This document shows, one piece after another, positions 1-13,413 of a stretch of DNA of 64,000 bases; position 1 is the stretch's first letter; every line of letters starts with the position of its first letter. The notes under the pieces are model-generated. The model was not told where the DNA came from. It did no database searches and saw nothing but the letters and a program-made list of their open reading frames with translations. Origin of the DNA: Eledone cirrhosa (taxonomy: Eukaryota); assembly GCA_964016885.1 (NCBI GenBank), contig OZ024753.1, positions 12,028,001 to 12,092,000 on the forward strand, in the 5' to 3' direction. The translations under genes were made by a program, and so were the position numbers.

Positions 1-429
1 TGATAATTACATTCTCATAATTCATTAGCAGAGAGGGAGAGAGAGACGCACACCCCTACCTACCTACCTACCTACCTACCTACCTTACGTAGAGGTATTT
101 CTAATACGAAAACTTTTAGTAATATATAAATGAGACTTATTAATGTATAATGTACATGAGTATACATGTATATTATTTATAGATGTTCATTGATATTTTC
201 ACTGTAAAGTAGACGATACAGTCGCCATTGTTGGAGGTATATTAACAATATAACATATACAATACCGATTTTGATGTGCTTCTTGTTTGATATCTGTTGT
301 TGCTTGCATTTAATTATAGTACACGTTTTAATGCTATTTGAGCATTTTCTGGCAACCGTATCCAGTATCTACCAACAGCATATTACTATATTTCTGTTAC
401 AGTATGTCTAGCGTTGTTATTGTTTTTAT

Positions 430-730
430 ATTTGGTACAAGGCCAGAAATTATCCCAGTGCATTACTGGTACTTTATTTTAGCGACCCAGTAAGCGTTGT
501 TATTAATAACATAATGGTTTCTGATTTAGGCACAAGGCTATCATATTGGGAGAGGGGGAAGTCGATTAATGGACCTCAGTGCATTATTGGTGCTTTATTT
601 ATCGACCCCATGAGGATGAAAGGCAAAGCTACCCTCGACAGGGTTTGAACTCAGAAGTTAAACGGGCTTAACTATATGGGGCAAAGCATGCTGTCCGACG
701 TTCTACTGATACTCCCAATCCAACGCGTTA
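430..730 (-). mobile_element. tRNA-derived SINE family A, one partial and one near-full copy
   Basis: Reverse complement of the family body seen at 39419-39612 (ggatgaaaggcaaag, tttgaactcagaa, actggtactttatttt). Confidence 0.8.
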
Positions 731-774
731 TTTTTTAAGGCTCCACACGGTCACCAATGACTGTAGTTTTCCAC

Positions 775-1190
775 CTAGAAAGTTTCCCTCCGAGAATCCA
801 TCTCACAACTTCTCACGTGCAAGCACGAAGCCACGCGCCTTCATTTCCTAGGTGAGAAGAGAGAGAGAGAAGACCCCCTTTGCTCTCGAATGCCCATGGG
901 ATTTGCACCTACAAAGTTTCCCTCCATGAATCGATCTCACAACTTCTCAATTCCAAGCCCGATACTTTAACCACGAAGCCATGCGCCTTCATCATTTCCT
1001 AGGTGAGGAGAGAGAGAGAAGACCCCCTTTGCACTCGAATGCCCATGGGATTTGCACCTACAAAGTTTCTCTCCGTGGCATAAGTCCGGGCAAGGTTGTT
1101 TATGGAAGACCAACAGTCACCCGTACATTCCCGCCTACCCTCTTCAGGCCAACGATGATGTCCAAGGGAAAGGCTATGGCTGATACAATT
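775..1190 (-). mobile_element. Rearranged, locally duplicated pieces of a second tRNA-derived SINE (family B)
   Basis: About 150 bp direct duplication (~780-925 and ~930-1075). The tRNA-like head gaatcgatctcacaac...aaccacgaagccatgcgcc is similar to 45605-45670. Confidence 0.55.
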
Positions 1191-1529
1191 GTTATTGCTG
1201 TTGTTCTTGTAGTCGTTTGTATTTTTGTTGCTGCTGATGCAATATGTATTGTTGTTGTTATTGTATTCTTGTTATATATGTTATTGTTTTCATATTATTG
1301 TTGTTGTTTTCATATAGTTGTCGTTGTTGTAGTGATTTGTATTGTTGTAGTTGCTGATGCTGATAGTATTATGTTTGTTGTAATATTGTTGTTGTTATTG
1401 TCATGTTTTGTTGTGTGTTGTAGTTGCTGTTGTCATGTTTTGTTGTTGCTGTTGTTGGCATGTGCGCTGTAGGTTGTTGTTGTTAGTTGTATTGTAGTTG
1501 TTGTTGTTCTCATGTGTTGTAGTTGATGT

Positions 1530-4517
1530 TGTTGTTTGTGCTGTAGTTGTTGTTGTTATTTGTACTTTAGTTGCTGTTATGTGTTGTAGTGGCTGTTGTT
1601 GTTTGTGCTGTAGTTGCTGTTATTTGTGCTGTAGTTGCTGTTGTTATTTGTGTTGTAGTTGCTGTTGTAATTTGTGCTGTAGTTGTTGTTGTTGTTGTTT
1701 GTGTTGTAGTTGCTGTTGTTATTTGTGCTGTAGTTGATTTTATTTGTGCTGTAGTTGCTGTTGTTGTTTGTGTTGTAGTTGCTGTTGTTGTTTGTGTTGT
1801 AGTTGCTGTTGTTATTTGTGCTGTAGTTGTTGTTATTTGTGTTGTAGTTGTTGTTGTTATTTGTGCTGTAGTTGCTGTTTTTATTTGTGCTGTAGTTGTT
1901 GTTATTTGTGTTGTAGTTGCTGTTGTTATTTGTGCTGTAGTTGCTGTTTTTATTTGTGCTGTAGTTGTTGTTATTTGTGTTGTAGTTGCTGTTGTTATTT
2001 GTTCTGTAGTTGCTGTTTTTATTTGTGCTGTAGTTGCTGTTTTTATTTGTGCTGTAGTTGTTGTTATTTGTGTTGTAGTTGCTGTTGTTATTTGTGTTGT
2101 AGTTGCTGTTGTTATTTGTGCTGTAGTTGCTGTTTTTATTTGTGCTGTAGTTGCTGTTGTTATTTGTGCTGTAGTTGCTGTTATTTGTGCTGTTGTTGTT
2201 GTTATTTGTGCTGTAGTTGCTGTTGTTATTTGTGCTGTAGTTGCTGTTTTTATTTGTGCTGTAGTTGCTGTTTTTATTTGTGCTGTAGTTGCTGTTGTTA
2301 TTTGTGCTGTAGTTGTTGTTGTTATTTGTGCTGTAGTTGTTGTTGTTATTTGTGCTGTAGTTGCTGTTATTTGTGCTGTAGTTGCTGTTGTTATTTGTGC
2401 TGTAGTTGCTGTTTTATTTGTGCTGTAGTTGCTGTTGTTATTTGTGCTGTAGTTGCTGTTTTTATTTGTGCTGTAGTTGCTGTTGTTGTTTGTGCTGTAG
2501 TTGCTGTTGTTATTTGTGCTGTAGTTGTTGTTGTTATTTGTGCTGTAGTTGCTGTTGTTATTTGTGCTGTAGTTGCTGTTTTATTTGTGCTGTAGTTGCT
2601 GTTGTTATTTGTGCTGTAGTTGCTGTTTTTATTTGTGCTGTAGTTGCTGTTTTATTTGTGCTGTAGTTGCTGTTGTTATTTGTGCTGTAGTTGCTGTTGT
2701 TATTTGTGCTGTAGTTGCTGTTTTGATTTGTGCTGTAGTTGCTGTTGTTATTTGTGCTGTAGTTGCTGTTGTTATTTGTGTTGTAGTTGCTGCTGTTATT
2801 TGTGCTGTAGTTGCTGTTGTTATTTGTGCTGTAGTTGCTGTTGTTATTTGTGCTGTAGTTGCTGTTGTTATTTGTGCTGTAGTTGCTGTTATTTGTGCTG
2901 TAGTTGCTGTTATTTGTGCTGTAGTTGCTGTTTTTATTTGTGTTGTAGTTGCTGTTGTTATTTGTGCTGTAGTTGCTGTTGTTATTTGTGCTGTAGTTGC
3001 TGTTTTTATTTGTGCTGTAGTTGCTGTTTTTATTTGTGTTGTAGTTGGTTTTTATTTGTGCTGTAGTTGCTGTTTTTATTTGTGCTGTAGTTGCTGTTTT
3101 ATTTGTGCTGTAGTTGCTGTTGTTATTTGTGCTGTAGTTGCTGTTTGTTGTTTGTGTTGTAGTTGCTGTTGTTGTTTGTGCTGTAGTTGTTGCTGTTATT
3201 TGTGCTGTTGTTATTTGTGCTGTAGTTGCTGTTATTTGTGCTGTAGTTGCTGTTGTTATTTGTGCTGTAGTTTCTGTTATTTGTGCTGTAGTTGCTGTTG
3301 TTATTTTTGCTGTAGTTGCTGTTTGTTGTTTGTGCTGTAGTTGCTGTTTGTTGTTTGTGCTGTAGTCGCTGTTGTCATGTGCTATAGTTGCAGTTGTTAT
3401 TTGTGCTGTAGTTGCAGTTATTTGTGCTGCAGTTGCAGTTGTTATTTGTGATGTAGTTGCTGTTGTTATTTGCGTTGTTGTTGTTATTTGTGCTGTAGTT
3501 GCTGTTGTTATTTGTGCTGTAGTTGTTGTTGTTATTTGTGCTGTAGTTGTTGTTGTTATTTGTGCTGTAGTTGCTGTTGTTATTTGTGCTGTAGTCGCTG
3601 TTGTCATGTGCTATAGTTGCAGTTGTTATTTGTGCTGTAGTTGCAGTTATTTGTGCTGTAGTTGCAGTTGTTATTTGTGCTGTAGTTGCTGTTGTTATTT
3701 GTGCTGTAGTTGCAGTTGTTATTTGTGCTGTAGTGGCTGTTGTTATTCGTGCTGTAGTTGCAGTTGTTATTTGTGCTGTAGTTGCAGTTGTTATTTGTGC
3801 TGTAGTTGCTGTTGTTATTGTGCTGTAGTTGCTGTTGTTATTTGTGTTGTAGTTGTTGTTATTTGTGTTGTAGTTGCTGTTGTTATTGTGCTGTAGTTGC
3901 AGTTGTTATTTGTGCTGTAGTTGCAGTTGTTATTTGTGCTGTAGTTGCAGTTATTTGTGCTGTAGTGGCTGTTGTTATTTGTGCTGTAGTTGCAGTTGTT
4001 ATTTGTGCTGTAGTTGCTGTTGTTATTGTGCTGTAGTTGCTGTTGTTATTTGTGTTGTAGTTGTTGTTATTTGTGTTGTAGTTGCTGTTGTTATTGTGCT
4101 GTAGTTGCAGTTGTTATTTGTGCTGTAGTTGCAGTTATTTGTGCTGTAGTTGCAGTTGTTATTTGTGCTGTAGTTGCAGTTGTTATTTGTGCTGTAGTTG
4201 CAGTTGTTATTTGTGCTGTAGTTGCAGTTGTTATTTGTGCTGTAGTTGCAGTTGTTATTTGTGCTGTAGTTGCAGTTGTTATTTGTGCTGTAGTTGCAGT
4301 TGTTATTTGTGCTGTAGTTGCTGTTGTTATTTGTGTTGTAGTTGTTGTTATTTGTGTTGTAGTTGCTGTTATTTGTGTTGTAGTTGTTGCTGTTATTTGT
4401 GTTGTAGTTGTTGTTGTTATTTGTGTTGTAGTTGCTGTTGTTATTTGTGTTGTAGTTGCTGCTGTGATTTGTGTTGTAGTTGTTGTTGTTATTTGTGTTG
4501 TAGTTGCTGTTGTTATT
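1530..4517. repeat. ~3 kb minisatellite, 21-24 bp unit (gttgctgttgttatttgtgctgta)
   Basis: Directly visible tandem repeat with variant blocks (tttta and gcag variants). Confidence 0.95.
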
Positions 4518-6817
4518 TATACTGTTTACAAATACACAGAAACCCTATGTAAATAGTAGACCGGGATATTTTCGTTTCGTTCACGTCCGCGGATTATATC
4601 CCAATATCCTCAAGCTATATGATACTTTATGAGATCTATGTCTTGCTAGAATCGGATATCAGACTGTATAATTCATAGTTAATAGATTTTCTTACTTTCA
4701 GGCTATCTACCTTCCCAGAAAAGTGGTTTCAATATTGATACATTTATGCATTTTTGTTGTATTGCTATTTTATGTGACAGTTTCTACAAAGATGTATTTG
4801 TTCTATTTGTGGCAGTGGAATATAATCTGCTAGGATAATGGAACATTTATAAATATTTTGTAATGTTATCTTGGCCTCTGTCTAAGTATTTAAGCTTTCT
4901 TAACTTTCATGACTTCGTTTGTAATACGTGATGTCGTTCTTCGAAGAAATATCTAGTCTAACATATATCTAATGAAAACGAAGATCTCAATATTTTGCTC
5001 AAGCAGGGAGTGATTTTTACATATGCACATATCCGCCGCACAAACACACGCAGGTGCTCACCTCTGCATATATATATATGTGTGTGTGTGTGTGTACTTA
5101 TATATATATAGTATAAATATATATGTATATTTGTATGTATATATATATATATAACTAAATATGTATGCGTCTTTGTGATTCTCTATTTCAGATTTTTCCG
5201 CTTCGATGCATTTTTCTCTATACAAATGTGTCTCATCAAAGCCCATAGTATTTATCTTATCTATTTCCTGTTTAAATATGTGATGTTCTATTTCTATTTC
5301 TACAATAGTTGTATTGTATATCGATTTGCTGTTACTGAACCATGCAAAACCAATATAAAATAAGTTATTTGATGCAAATGAAAAATAAAATAGAAGCTTT
5401 TTATATCAAGTAAAATTACACGCCACATCCGAATTACAAAGATAATACTAAAATTTCGTTTTGATGATCTCCTACGGGGACCTTACATATAGATAACAAT
5501 GCATAATGACTTGCCTTTAGAATAGGCTTCTTCCAGACGATATAGACTTAACCTCCAATGAATATTAAAATTCCAACATGAATTGCATTTCCTCTCCCAC
5601 GCAACATTGTAGATCTCGCCACAGAAAGATGATTGAGTTATTATTAAGGAATAACCTTCATACTACACCCGGCATCTTTACTGATATTTAGGCCTCTATA
5701 AATATATAGATGATAATTTCCTATCCAAAAAGGCAGACATTTTTTTTTGTACCCCTGCCATTGAATAATTTATTATATTCAACACTCGTCTACCAAAACA
5801 CTGTTGTTTTTTGTTTCTCTTTCTTTTGGAAAAGAACAATCGTCTCTCTCTATGAGTAGTCCCCCTTAAACCCCCTTAGAACAGACACCCTTTATCGTGT
5901 TTGTTTTAAAACCGGCGAAACTAAGATAAATGTAGAATGTATGAACTCCAGGGAAATATATGGTAACTACTTTCTTAACACAAGTAAGTCATCTCCAATG
6001 TATGTCTAATTTACATTCTATACTCTATCAATCTTGGCTTCTTCCGTCTCTCCAGGTCCTGTATCGTAGACAGCTTTTAAACGGCCTCATTCCTATTGTT
6101 GACTAGAGAAATCACCACTCGTTGTATGCCCTCTCTTTGTAGGACAGGTTTCTAAGCTTCATGTTTCATATCTTAATTTCATTTCTTTTGTTTTTACTTG
6201 GCTAATCTATTGCACACCGTATTTTTATAATTTCTTTTTCATTTGAAGTATATTGGTTTGTAGCAATCTTTTGGGCTTTATTTGTGTAATTCATAGAAAC
6301 AATTTGTCTGTTGTCTCTGTTTTATCATTTTAATGCCCTGTGTGCACTAGACAGATAATAATGTCAAGTTAATCTATCGAAATTGCAAGGATTTCTATAA
6401 GTTGCCTCAAGAGAAGGCAATGTCTGCATTTTCTGTTTTATTTGTCTTGTGCACTCCCTTTCTGCGTATATTATTATGTCATTGTGCCTATATACTATGA
6501 CTCCATTCGCCTAGTCAATATATACATGGTATCACACTTAGATAACCTTATGTATTAATTCAGGAAAATAAATTTATCAAACTTTCACGCCATTGCTTTT
6601 CTGTCATTGCTTTAAATAATTCGATTGGTATCTGAATCTACAACTTTGATCTACGCCTGATATAATATAATATATATAATATAATATAATATATAATATA
6701 ATATATATAGATATGCGCACGCACGCGCACGTGCGCACACGTGTATGTATCCCGGGTTCAATCGGGGGTAATCACATTAAGTAAGGTACTCAATACATAG
6801 CAGAGTATAAATATTTA

Positions 6818-6917
6818 ATATGGAAATGGCTTCTACAGGATTAGAACGAGGAGAAGCACCAGGGAAGCTTTCCTGATGATTTACTCCGACTGAAACAGTT
6901 CTACGCCTGTAGAAGCA

Positions 6918-6922
<5 letters not shown>
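6818..6922 (+). mobile_element. Short fold-back insert with hammerhead-like motif (putative PLE pLTR remnant)
   Basis: Arms aaatggcttctacagg / cctgtagaagcaattt. CTGATGA at 6873-6879 and GAAACAGTT at 6892-6900. Followed by (TA)n. Related sequence at ~61805-61880. Confidence 0.5.
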
Positions 6923-6951
<29 letters not shown>

Positions 6952-6954
6952 ATC

Positions 6955-7155
6955 ATGATGGCTGCAAACTTGGGTTCGAGCATTGCCATCGTCCGATAAA
7001 ATGCTCAACCATGTGAGACACGAATGTGGATGTTTAAACCAACCAAACACTTCCACGCTCTAGCACACACATGGCAAATGTAGGCTCCTCTGGAACTTGC
7101 CCCTGATTGGTTCTGACTGTTTGTTCTCATATGTCTCCATGTCCTCAAGGCCTCC
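6955..7155 (-). pseudogene. 3' end of zinc-finger-bearing RTE-like LINE
   Basis: Minus strand reads YICHVCARAWKCLVGLNIHIRVSHG*, then a 3' UTR (tggcaatgctcgaacccaagtttgcagccatc) resembling that at 17617-17650. Confidence 0.6.
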
Positions 7156-7157
7156 AT

Positions 7158-7219
7158 GATATATATATATATATATATTTACATTTATATATACATATAT
7201 ATATATATATATTTACATT

Positions 7220-7254
<35 letters not shown>

Positions 7255-7374
7255 ATTTATATATATATATATTTATATATATATATATATTTACATTTAT
7301 ATATATATATTTACATTTATATATATATATTTACATTTATATATATATATTTACATTTATATATATATATTTAC

Positions 7375-7411
<37 letters not shown>

Positions 7412-7462
7412 CATTTATATATATATATATTTACATTTATATATATATATATATATATTTAC

Positions 7463-7493
<31 letters not shown>

Positions 7494-7578
7494 TACATTT
7501 ATATATATATATATATATATATATTTACATTTATATATATATATATATTTACATTTATATATATATATATATATTTAC

Positions 7579-7629
<51 letters not shown>

Positions 7630-7840
7630 CATATATATATATATTTACATTTATATATATATATAGAGAGAGAGAGAGAAAAAGAGATGAAATCGAAAAT
7701 GCAACTGGAGTCCTATTTTTTTTTTTTTTATATATATATTTTTTAGGTTCCTTTACCGGTTGCATTTTCGATTTCATCTCTTTTTCTTTATACTTTCACT
7801 CGTGTAGGACACATTTTTCATTTTGTAAAAAAAACATCAC

Positions 7841-7883
<43 letters not shown>

Positions 7884-8215
7884 CATTTATATATATATAT
7901 ATTTACATTTATATATATATATATATATATTTACATTTATATATATATATATATATATATATTTACATTTATATATATATATATATATTTACATTTATAT
8001 ATATATATATATATTTACATTTATATATATATATATATATTTACATTTATATATATATATATAAATGTAAATATATATATATATATTACATTTATATATA
8101 TATATATATATATTTACATTTATATATATATATATATATATTTACATTTATATATATCTATATTTACATTTACATTTATATATATATATATATATTTACA
8201 TTTATATATATATAA
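7158..8215. repeat. (TA)n tract with periodic tttacattta interruptions
   Basis: Directly visible. Confidence 0.9.
7678..7830 (+). mobile_element. Short fold-back insert in (TA)n
   Basis: Arms aaaaagagatgaaatcgaaaatgcaac / gttgcattttcgatttcatctcttttt plus an unpaired tail. Same family as 9378-9521. Confidence 0.6.
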
Positions 8216-8308
8216 GTATACAGACGTACAGTAGTATGTATAGATATATACATACATGCACACATATATATATATGTACGTATGGATTCACCGAACATTT
8301 ATTCACAA

Positions 8309-8370
8309 TAAGTCCAGAATTAGCCGTCGAAACGGCTTGAGCTCAGCCGTCGTGGTCCTACTCGTTCCTA
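8309..8370 (+). mobile_element. Single-arm copy of the gccgtcgaaacggc hairpin family
   Basis: gtccagaattagccgtcgaaacggcttgagctcagccgtcg...ttccta matches 33606-33664. Confidence 0.75.
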
Positions 8371-8416
8371 TATATATATACACATATGTATATATATATA
8401 TATATATATATACGCA

Positions 8417-8464
<48 letters not shown>

Positions 8465-9328
8465 TGTATATATATATATATATACACATATATGTATATA
8501 TATATATATACACATATATGTATATATATATATATACACATATATGTATATATATATATATACACATATATGTATATATATATATATACACATATATGTA
8601 TATATATATATATATACACATATGTATATATATATATATATATAATATGTATATGTATATATATTTATATGTATAAATATATATATATATTGAAATATGT
8701 ATATTTATATATGAATATTTATATATTTATATTTAATATATATATATATTTATATATGTATATTTATATATTTATAATTATATATTTATAATTATATATG
8801 TATATTTATATATGTATATTTATATATGTATATTTATTTATATATGTATATTTATATATGTATATTTATTTATATATGTATATTTATGTATATTTATATA
8901 TTTATATTTAAATATTTATTTATATATATTTATATATGTTTATATATTTATATTTTTAGTCCATGGTGCGTTTGCCAGCATAACACGGATATTGTGTTTC
9001 GCATTGATTCGACCAGTGCCGAAATTCGATCTCGCTGAAATTATATATATACTTTATAAATAACAATAAAATAGTGTTTCATTAATAACGATCGTTTCAT
9101 CCAAGCACACGTCTTAGTCAGCGGAGTACAAATCAAAAGTTAGAAAACATAACTTTCCGGCTCTGTATTATATTTATTTTACATCGAGCTACTCTCATAC
9201 TGGTAATTGGATAATATTTTTATTAGCCATATTTCAACCTTGCGGGGTCGATGAGATAAAGTACCAGTAATACACTGGAATAATTGCTGGCCTTGTGCAT
9301 AAAGTAGAAACAATTATTATTAGCCATA

Positions 9329-9370
<42 letters not shown>

Positions 9371-9410
9371 ATATATGTGAGAAAAACCACAGACCCTCCA
9401 TCTCAACTCA

Positions 9411-9448
9411 CCTTTTGAAAAGCAGAAGAACTGCGAAACCGGTAAAGG
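9411..9448 (+). ncRNA. Minimal hammerhead-like motif with variant core
   Basis: CCTT-TTGAAAA-GCAG(AAGAA)CTGC-GAAA-CCGG-TA-AAGG: stem I CCTT/AAGG, stem II GCAG/CTGC, palindromic stem III ACCGGT. The core deviates from CUGANGA. Confidence 0.55.
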
Positions 9449-9517
9449 AACCAAATAATTATATATATTTAAAAAACAAATAAGACTCCAGTTGCATTTT
9501 CGATTTCATCTCTTTTT

Positions 9518-9592
<75 letters not shown>

Positions 9593-10008
9593 GTACACAT
9601 ACGTTTTGTTGAGCGGCATTGATTATATATAAATAAAAAGAAAAGGGTATTTTCCAAGTAGTTCCTGTCACTTGTTAACTTCATTTTAATCATATTTATT
9701 ATTTAGTGGGATAACCTTGCTTATATCAAGAATAACTCCGACTCCAATATAGGGTTTAAAATGTATATTAAAAGATATTTCCTTCGTAACTTTCATGCTT
9801 ATTTTATTTTACTTTTATTTCAAATTTCGCATTTTTCATTGGACATTTCATTTAGGATTCTACCACGTTCATTAGATTTAATAATCTTTTATATAATTTT
9901 GTCTCGTTTATTTTTGTATTCCCGTTGCATATGTTTCGTTATATTATTATTATTTGATACATATATATATATATTATAATATATAATTGGTATTATATTT
10001 CAATATTA

Positions 10009-10485
10009 GGGTGATGGATTGGCAATATCGGAAGAGAGTCCGACAGCATGCTTTCCAGCTAATTGCTGGGCTTGTGCCAAAAAAGTAGAAACAATTATTA
10101 TATAAATGTCGGGCGCTATGCTTTGACGCAAAGAGTTGCGGCCCTTTCCATTCTGTGTTCAAGTCCCCGCCGAGGTTTACTTTGCCTTTCCTACTTACGG
10201 GGTCGATAAAATAAAGTACCAGTAATGTATTGGGATAATTGCTGGCCTTGTGCCAAAAGTAGAAACAATTATTCGATATTGCGCGGTTAATTTATTTCTT
10301 TTCCCTGTATTGGTAGAAGGTCGGACGCCATGCTTTGACGCATAGTTACGGCCCTTGCCATTCTGAGTTTAAATCCCGCCGAGGTTAACTTTGCCTTTCA
10401 TCCTTACGGGGTCGATAAAATAAAGTACCAGTAATACACTGGTTAATTGCTGGCCTTGTGCCTAACGTAGAAACAATTATTATTA
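10009..10485 (+). mobile_element. Cluster of three SINE family A copies
   Basis: Each ends gctggccttgtgcc(a)aaagtagaaacaattatt. B-box-like gttcaagtccc / gtttaaatccc. Confidence 0.85.
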
Positions 10486-10867
10486 AATGTCATATATGTC
10501 GTAGATCTTTCACATTTCCCCACTGTCTCCGGAACTTACAGCTAACAGATCAAAAAAATGTTTTTTTCTAATATCCGTGTACTTTTAGCTAAAGAAGTCA
10601 TGTGTAAATTCTGTAATAGTAAATTATTCTGAAAATGCTTCAAGTACTACTTGTATTATGGGTGTGTTTAAAATCAATAAACTTCTGCTTAGAAGCACTA
10701 ATAAAACTGTATATGTGTTTAGAGATGTGTATCCATTTGTTTCCTTCACTTTCGATAGTCTAAACGAAGGAAATTACAGAATAAATGAAAATGGCAGCAA
10801 TTTATTTCATACAAGACCAAGAAATGTTAGAGCTACGTTTTCATACATAAAATGAGAATTTAAACAA

Positions 10868-11385
10868 ACACACACACATGCTCAGACATTCACGAACGCG
10901 TACCCATATACACACACACACACATACGCACGCATACACACACACTCACACATACACACACACATACGCACTCATACATACACACACATACACACATACG
11001 CACGCATACACACACATACACATACACACACAAACACACATAAACACCCATAAACACACACACGCGCACCCGCTCACCCACATACACACGCACGCGCACC
11101 CACGTACCGTAAGCACCCATATACCGAACACACACATACCCACACACACCCACACACACCCACACACACCCACACACACATACCCACACACACAATCACA
11201 TACAAACACACATACACACGCATACCCACATACACACACGCGGGCATACACACACGCGGGCATACACACACGCGGGCATACACACACGCGGGCATACACA
11301 CACGCGGGCATACACACACACGGGCATACACACACATGGGCATACACACACGCGCGCATACACACACGCACATACACACGCACCC
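10868..11385. repeat. (CA)n-rich degenerate microsatellite and cacacgcgggcata repeat
   Basis: Directly visible. Confidence 0.9.
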
Positions 11386-11684
11386 GTTCTATCACTACAA
11401 AGAATATTTAAATAGTTTACACCTAAAACCTCAAACAAATTTAGTCATTTTTACATTCTTTTTGTTTTTAATATTCCTCAGTTTTTGCTGATGTTTTGTG
11501 GAAGAACAGCTTTGATGGATGTATTTCCCTTTTAAAGTTTCAAGATATTTTCAAGCCTCATCTTCAGAATACGAAGAATGATGACAAATATTTGTTGCTT
11601 GAACTAATTGTAGCATCAGACTTTACAGTTCGTTGGAACAAGTATTTGTTGAAGATATGAATATATGCTAGAATAGAGATATGG

Positions 11685-11860
11685 ACCTTCAACACGAGAA
11701 GAGGGGAGGGGTCCTTCAACAGCAGAAGTGGCGTCCTTCAACACGAGAAAGGGTGTCCTTCAATACCAGAGGGAGCGTCCTTCAACACAAGAATAGGGGG
11801 TCCTTCAACAGCAGAAGGGGTGTCCTTCAATACCAGAAGGGGCCTCCTTCAACATGAGAA
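11685..11860. repeat. ~22-25 bp minisatellite (tccttcaacacgagaaggggg)
   Basis: About 7 imperfect units. Confidence 0.8.
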
Positions 11861-12254
11861 GAAGCTTCCTTCTTTCTTCCCCACACCCAGATATGTTTCA
11901 TTCTGTCATTGTCGCTGAATCATTCCGCATAGATGCTGCTACTTCTTCTTTTCTTCTTTTTTATTTTTCGCCTTTCTTTAATTGTTTGTTCTTTTTCTTT
12001 TTGTTCTTTCTCTTTTTTTTTTCTTTTTCAATTTCTGTTTCTTCTTTCATTTTCATTTTTTCTTTCCCTTTTCTTTCCTTTCTTTTCCTTTCATTTTCTT
12101 TTCTTTTCCTTTCATTTTCTTTCCTTTCATTTTATTTATTTGTATTTCTTTTTTGTCTTCGTTTTCTCCTTCTTACCGAGTGTTACACTATCTTCACATT
12201 CAATATTATGACAATACAGTACTGCATCTACAAATAAGTCCTATTTCTTCTTAT

Positions 12255-12600
12255 TATTCTACTTAAACCTGAGAGGCTCGTGTGGGCAGAGTCCTCCAGC
12301 GGATCTTGGCGGAAGCAACCGTCTCGAACTGAACCGGCTGGATCCCCAAGAAATGACCAGACAAGCTCATGGGTGTTATCCAGCCATCTTCCTCTGGGTC
12401 TACCCCTTGTTGGTTTCACCCGTAAAATCTTTGACCAGCGATTGTCCGCATAGATTCTAAGCTACCAAATATTTCTGAATTAGATTTAGTTTGAATGTGT
12501 CTGTCAGCGGGTCTGGCACACTCATTAAACGAATCTCCGCATCCTTGTCCTCCCTACACGTGCCCCACGTGACCTCGACCACGTTTGGTGTCCAGCCTAT
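12255..12600 (-). pseudogene. Degraded C-terminal fragment of an RTE-like LINE ORF
   Basis: KPTRGRPRGRWLD motif typical of the post-RT region of RTE-clade LINEs, with a (aat/aag)n-like tail. Confidence 0.55.
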
Positions 12601-12727
12601 CAATTAACCCAGTAAATCTGGTGTAAGCATAACCCTGTCTTTCTATTCAACCTTTGTTTACTCCATTGGAACAATACTCAAGAAAAACAACTGGACCAGC
12701 TTTAATACTATCTTTTTCTTTTACTTT

Positions 12728-12880
12728 CTCTCTCTCTCTCCCGCCCTTTCTCCCTCTCTCCCGCCCTTTCTCCCTCTCTCCCGCCCTTTCTCCCTCTCTC
12801 CCACCCTTTCTCCCTCTCTCCCGCCCTTTCTCCCTCTCTCCCGCCCTTTCTCCCTCTCTCTCTCCCTTTCTCCCTCTTCT
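12728..12880. repeat. 20 bp minisatellite (ccgccctttctccctctctc)
   Basis: About 7 units. Confidence 0.9.
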
Positions 12881-12900
12881 CTACACACACATACACATAT

Positions 12901-13215
12901 ATTTAGGGAAGGACATGTTGTTATATTGCCAGAAACATATAGTAAAAGACACTCACTGTTTGGTCTGGGTTGATTTTCACTTCAGTATATTTTATATTTC
13001 TATAATTAATTAACCTGACAATGAATGTTTATCATTTATTGGCCAACAGTTAAAAATATAGATATAAATATAGATTCTCATTTTCGTCACACACTCGTGA
13101 CATCATCAGTTATATTATGTTTCCTCCTGTTGTATTGCTGTAATGTTTTCTTATTCTATTATATTTATTTATTTATCAAACTTTTGTCACGCATTTGTGA
13201 TGTTCTCTGTGTTTA
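12901..13215 (-). mobile_element. PLE pseudo-LTR relic with hammerhead motif (family of 58255-59736)
   Basis: Minus strand CTGATGA-T-GTCAC-GAGTGT-GTGAC-GAAA at 13109-13082. Flanking sequence is homologous to 23412-23655, 42748-43295 and 58268-58500. Confidence 0.7.
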
Positions 13216-13413
13216 AGTGTATATAAAACATGTAATAGATCATAATTAGATTTCAGGGCCCTGGTGAGACCCAGAATAAGTAACAAACACAAATACAGAC
13301 AGGAAGCTGTTTGCCATGCCAAGCCATTCATATATACAGGCTGGGCTATACGTAACCTAAACGTGTGTATGTATATAAATACACGCACGCCCAAAACAAA
13401 AAAAAATTATATA

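Noticed and set aside
981-4556. Long Cys-rich, Val-rich and Thr-rich (mucin- or keratin-associated-like) ORFs
   Set aside because: Translations of a minisatellite that is open in several frames with frequent frame-breaking unit variants; no splice or start context.
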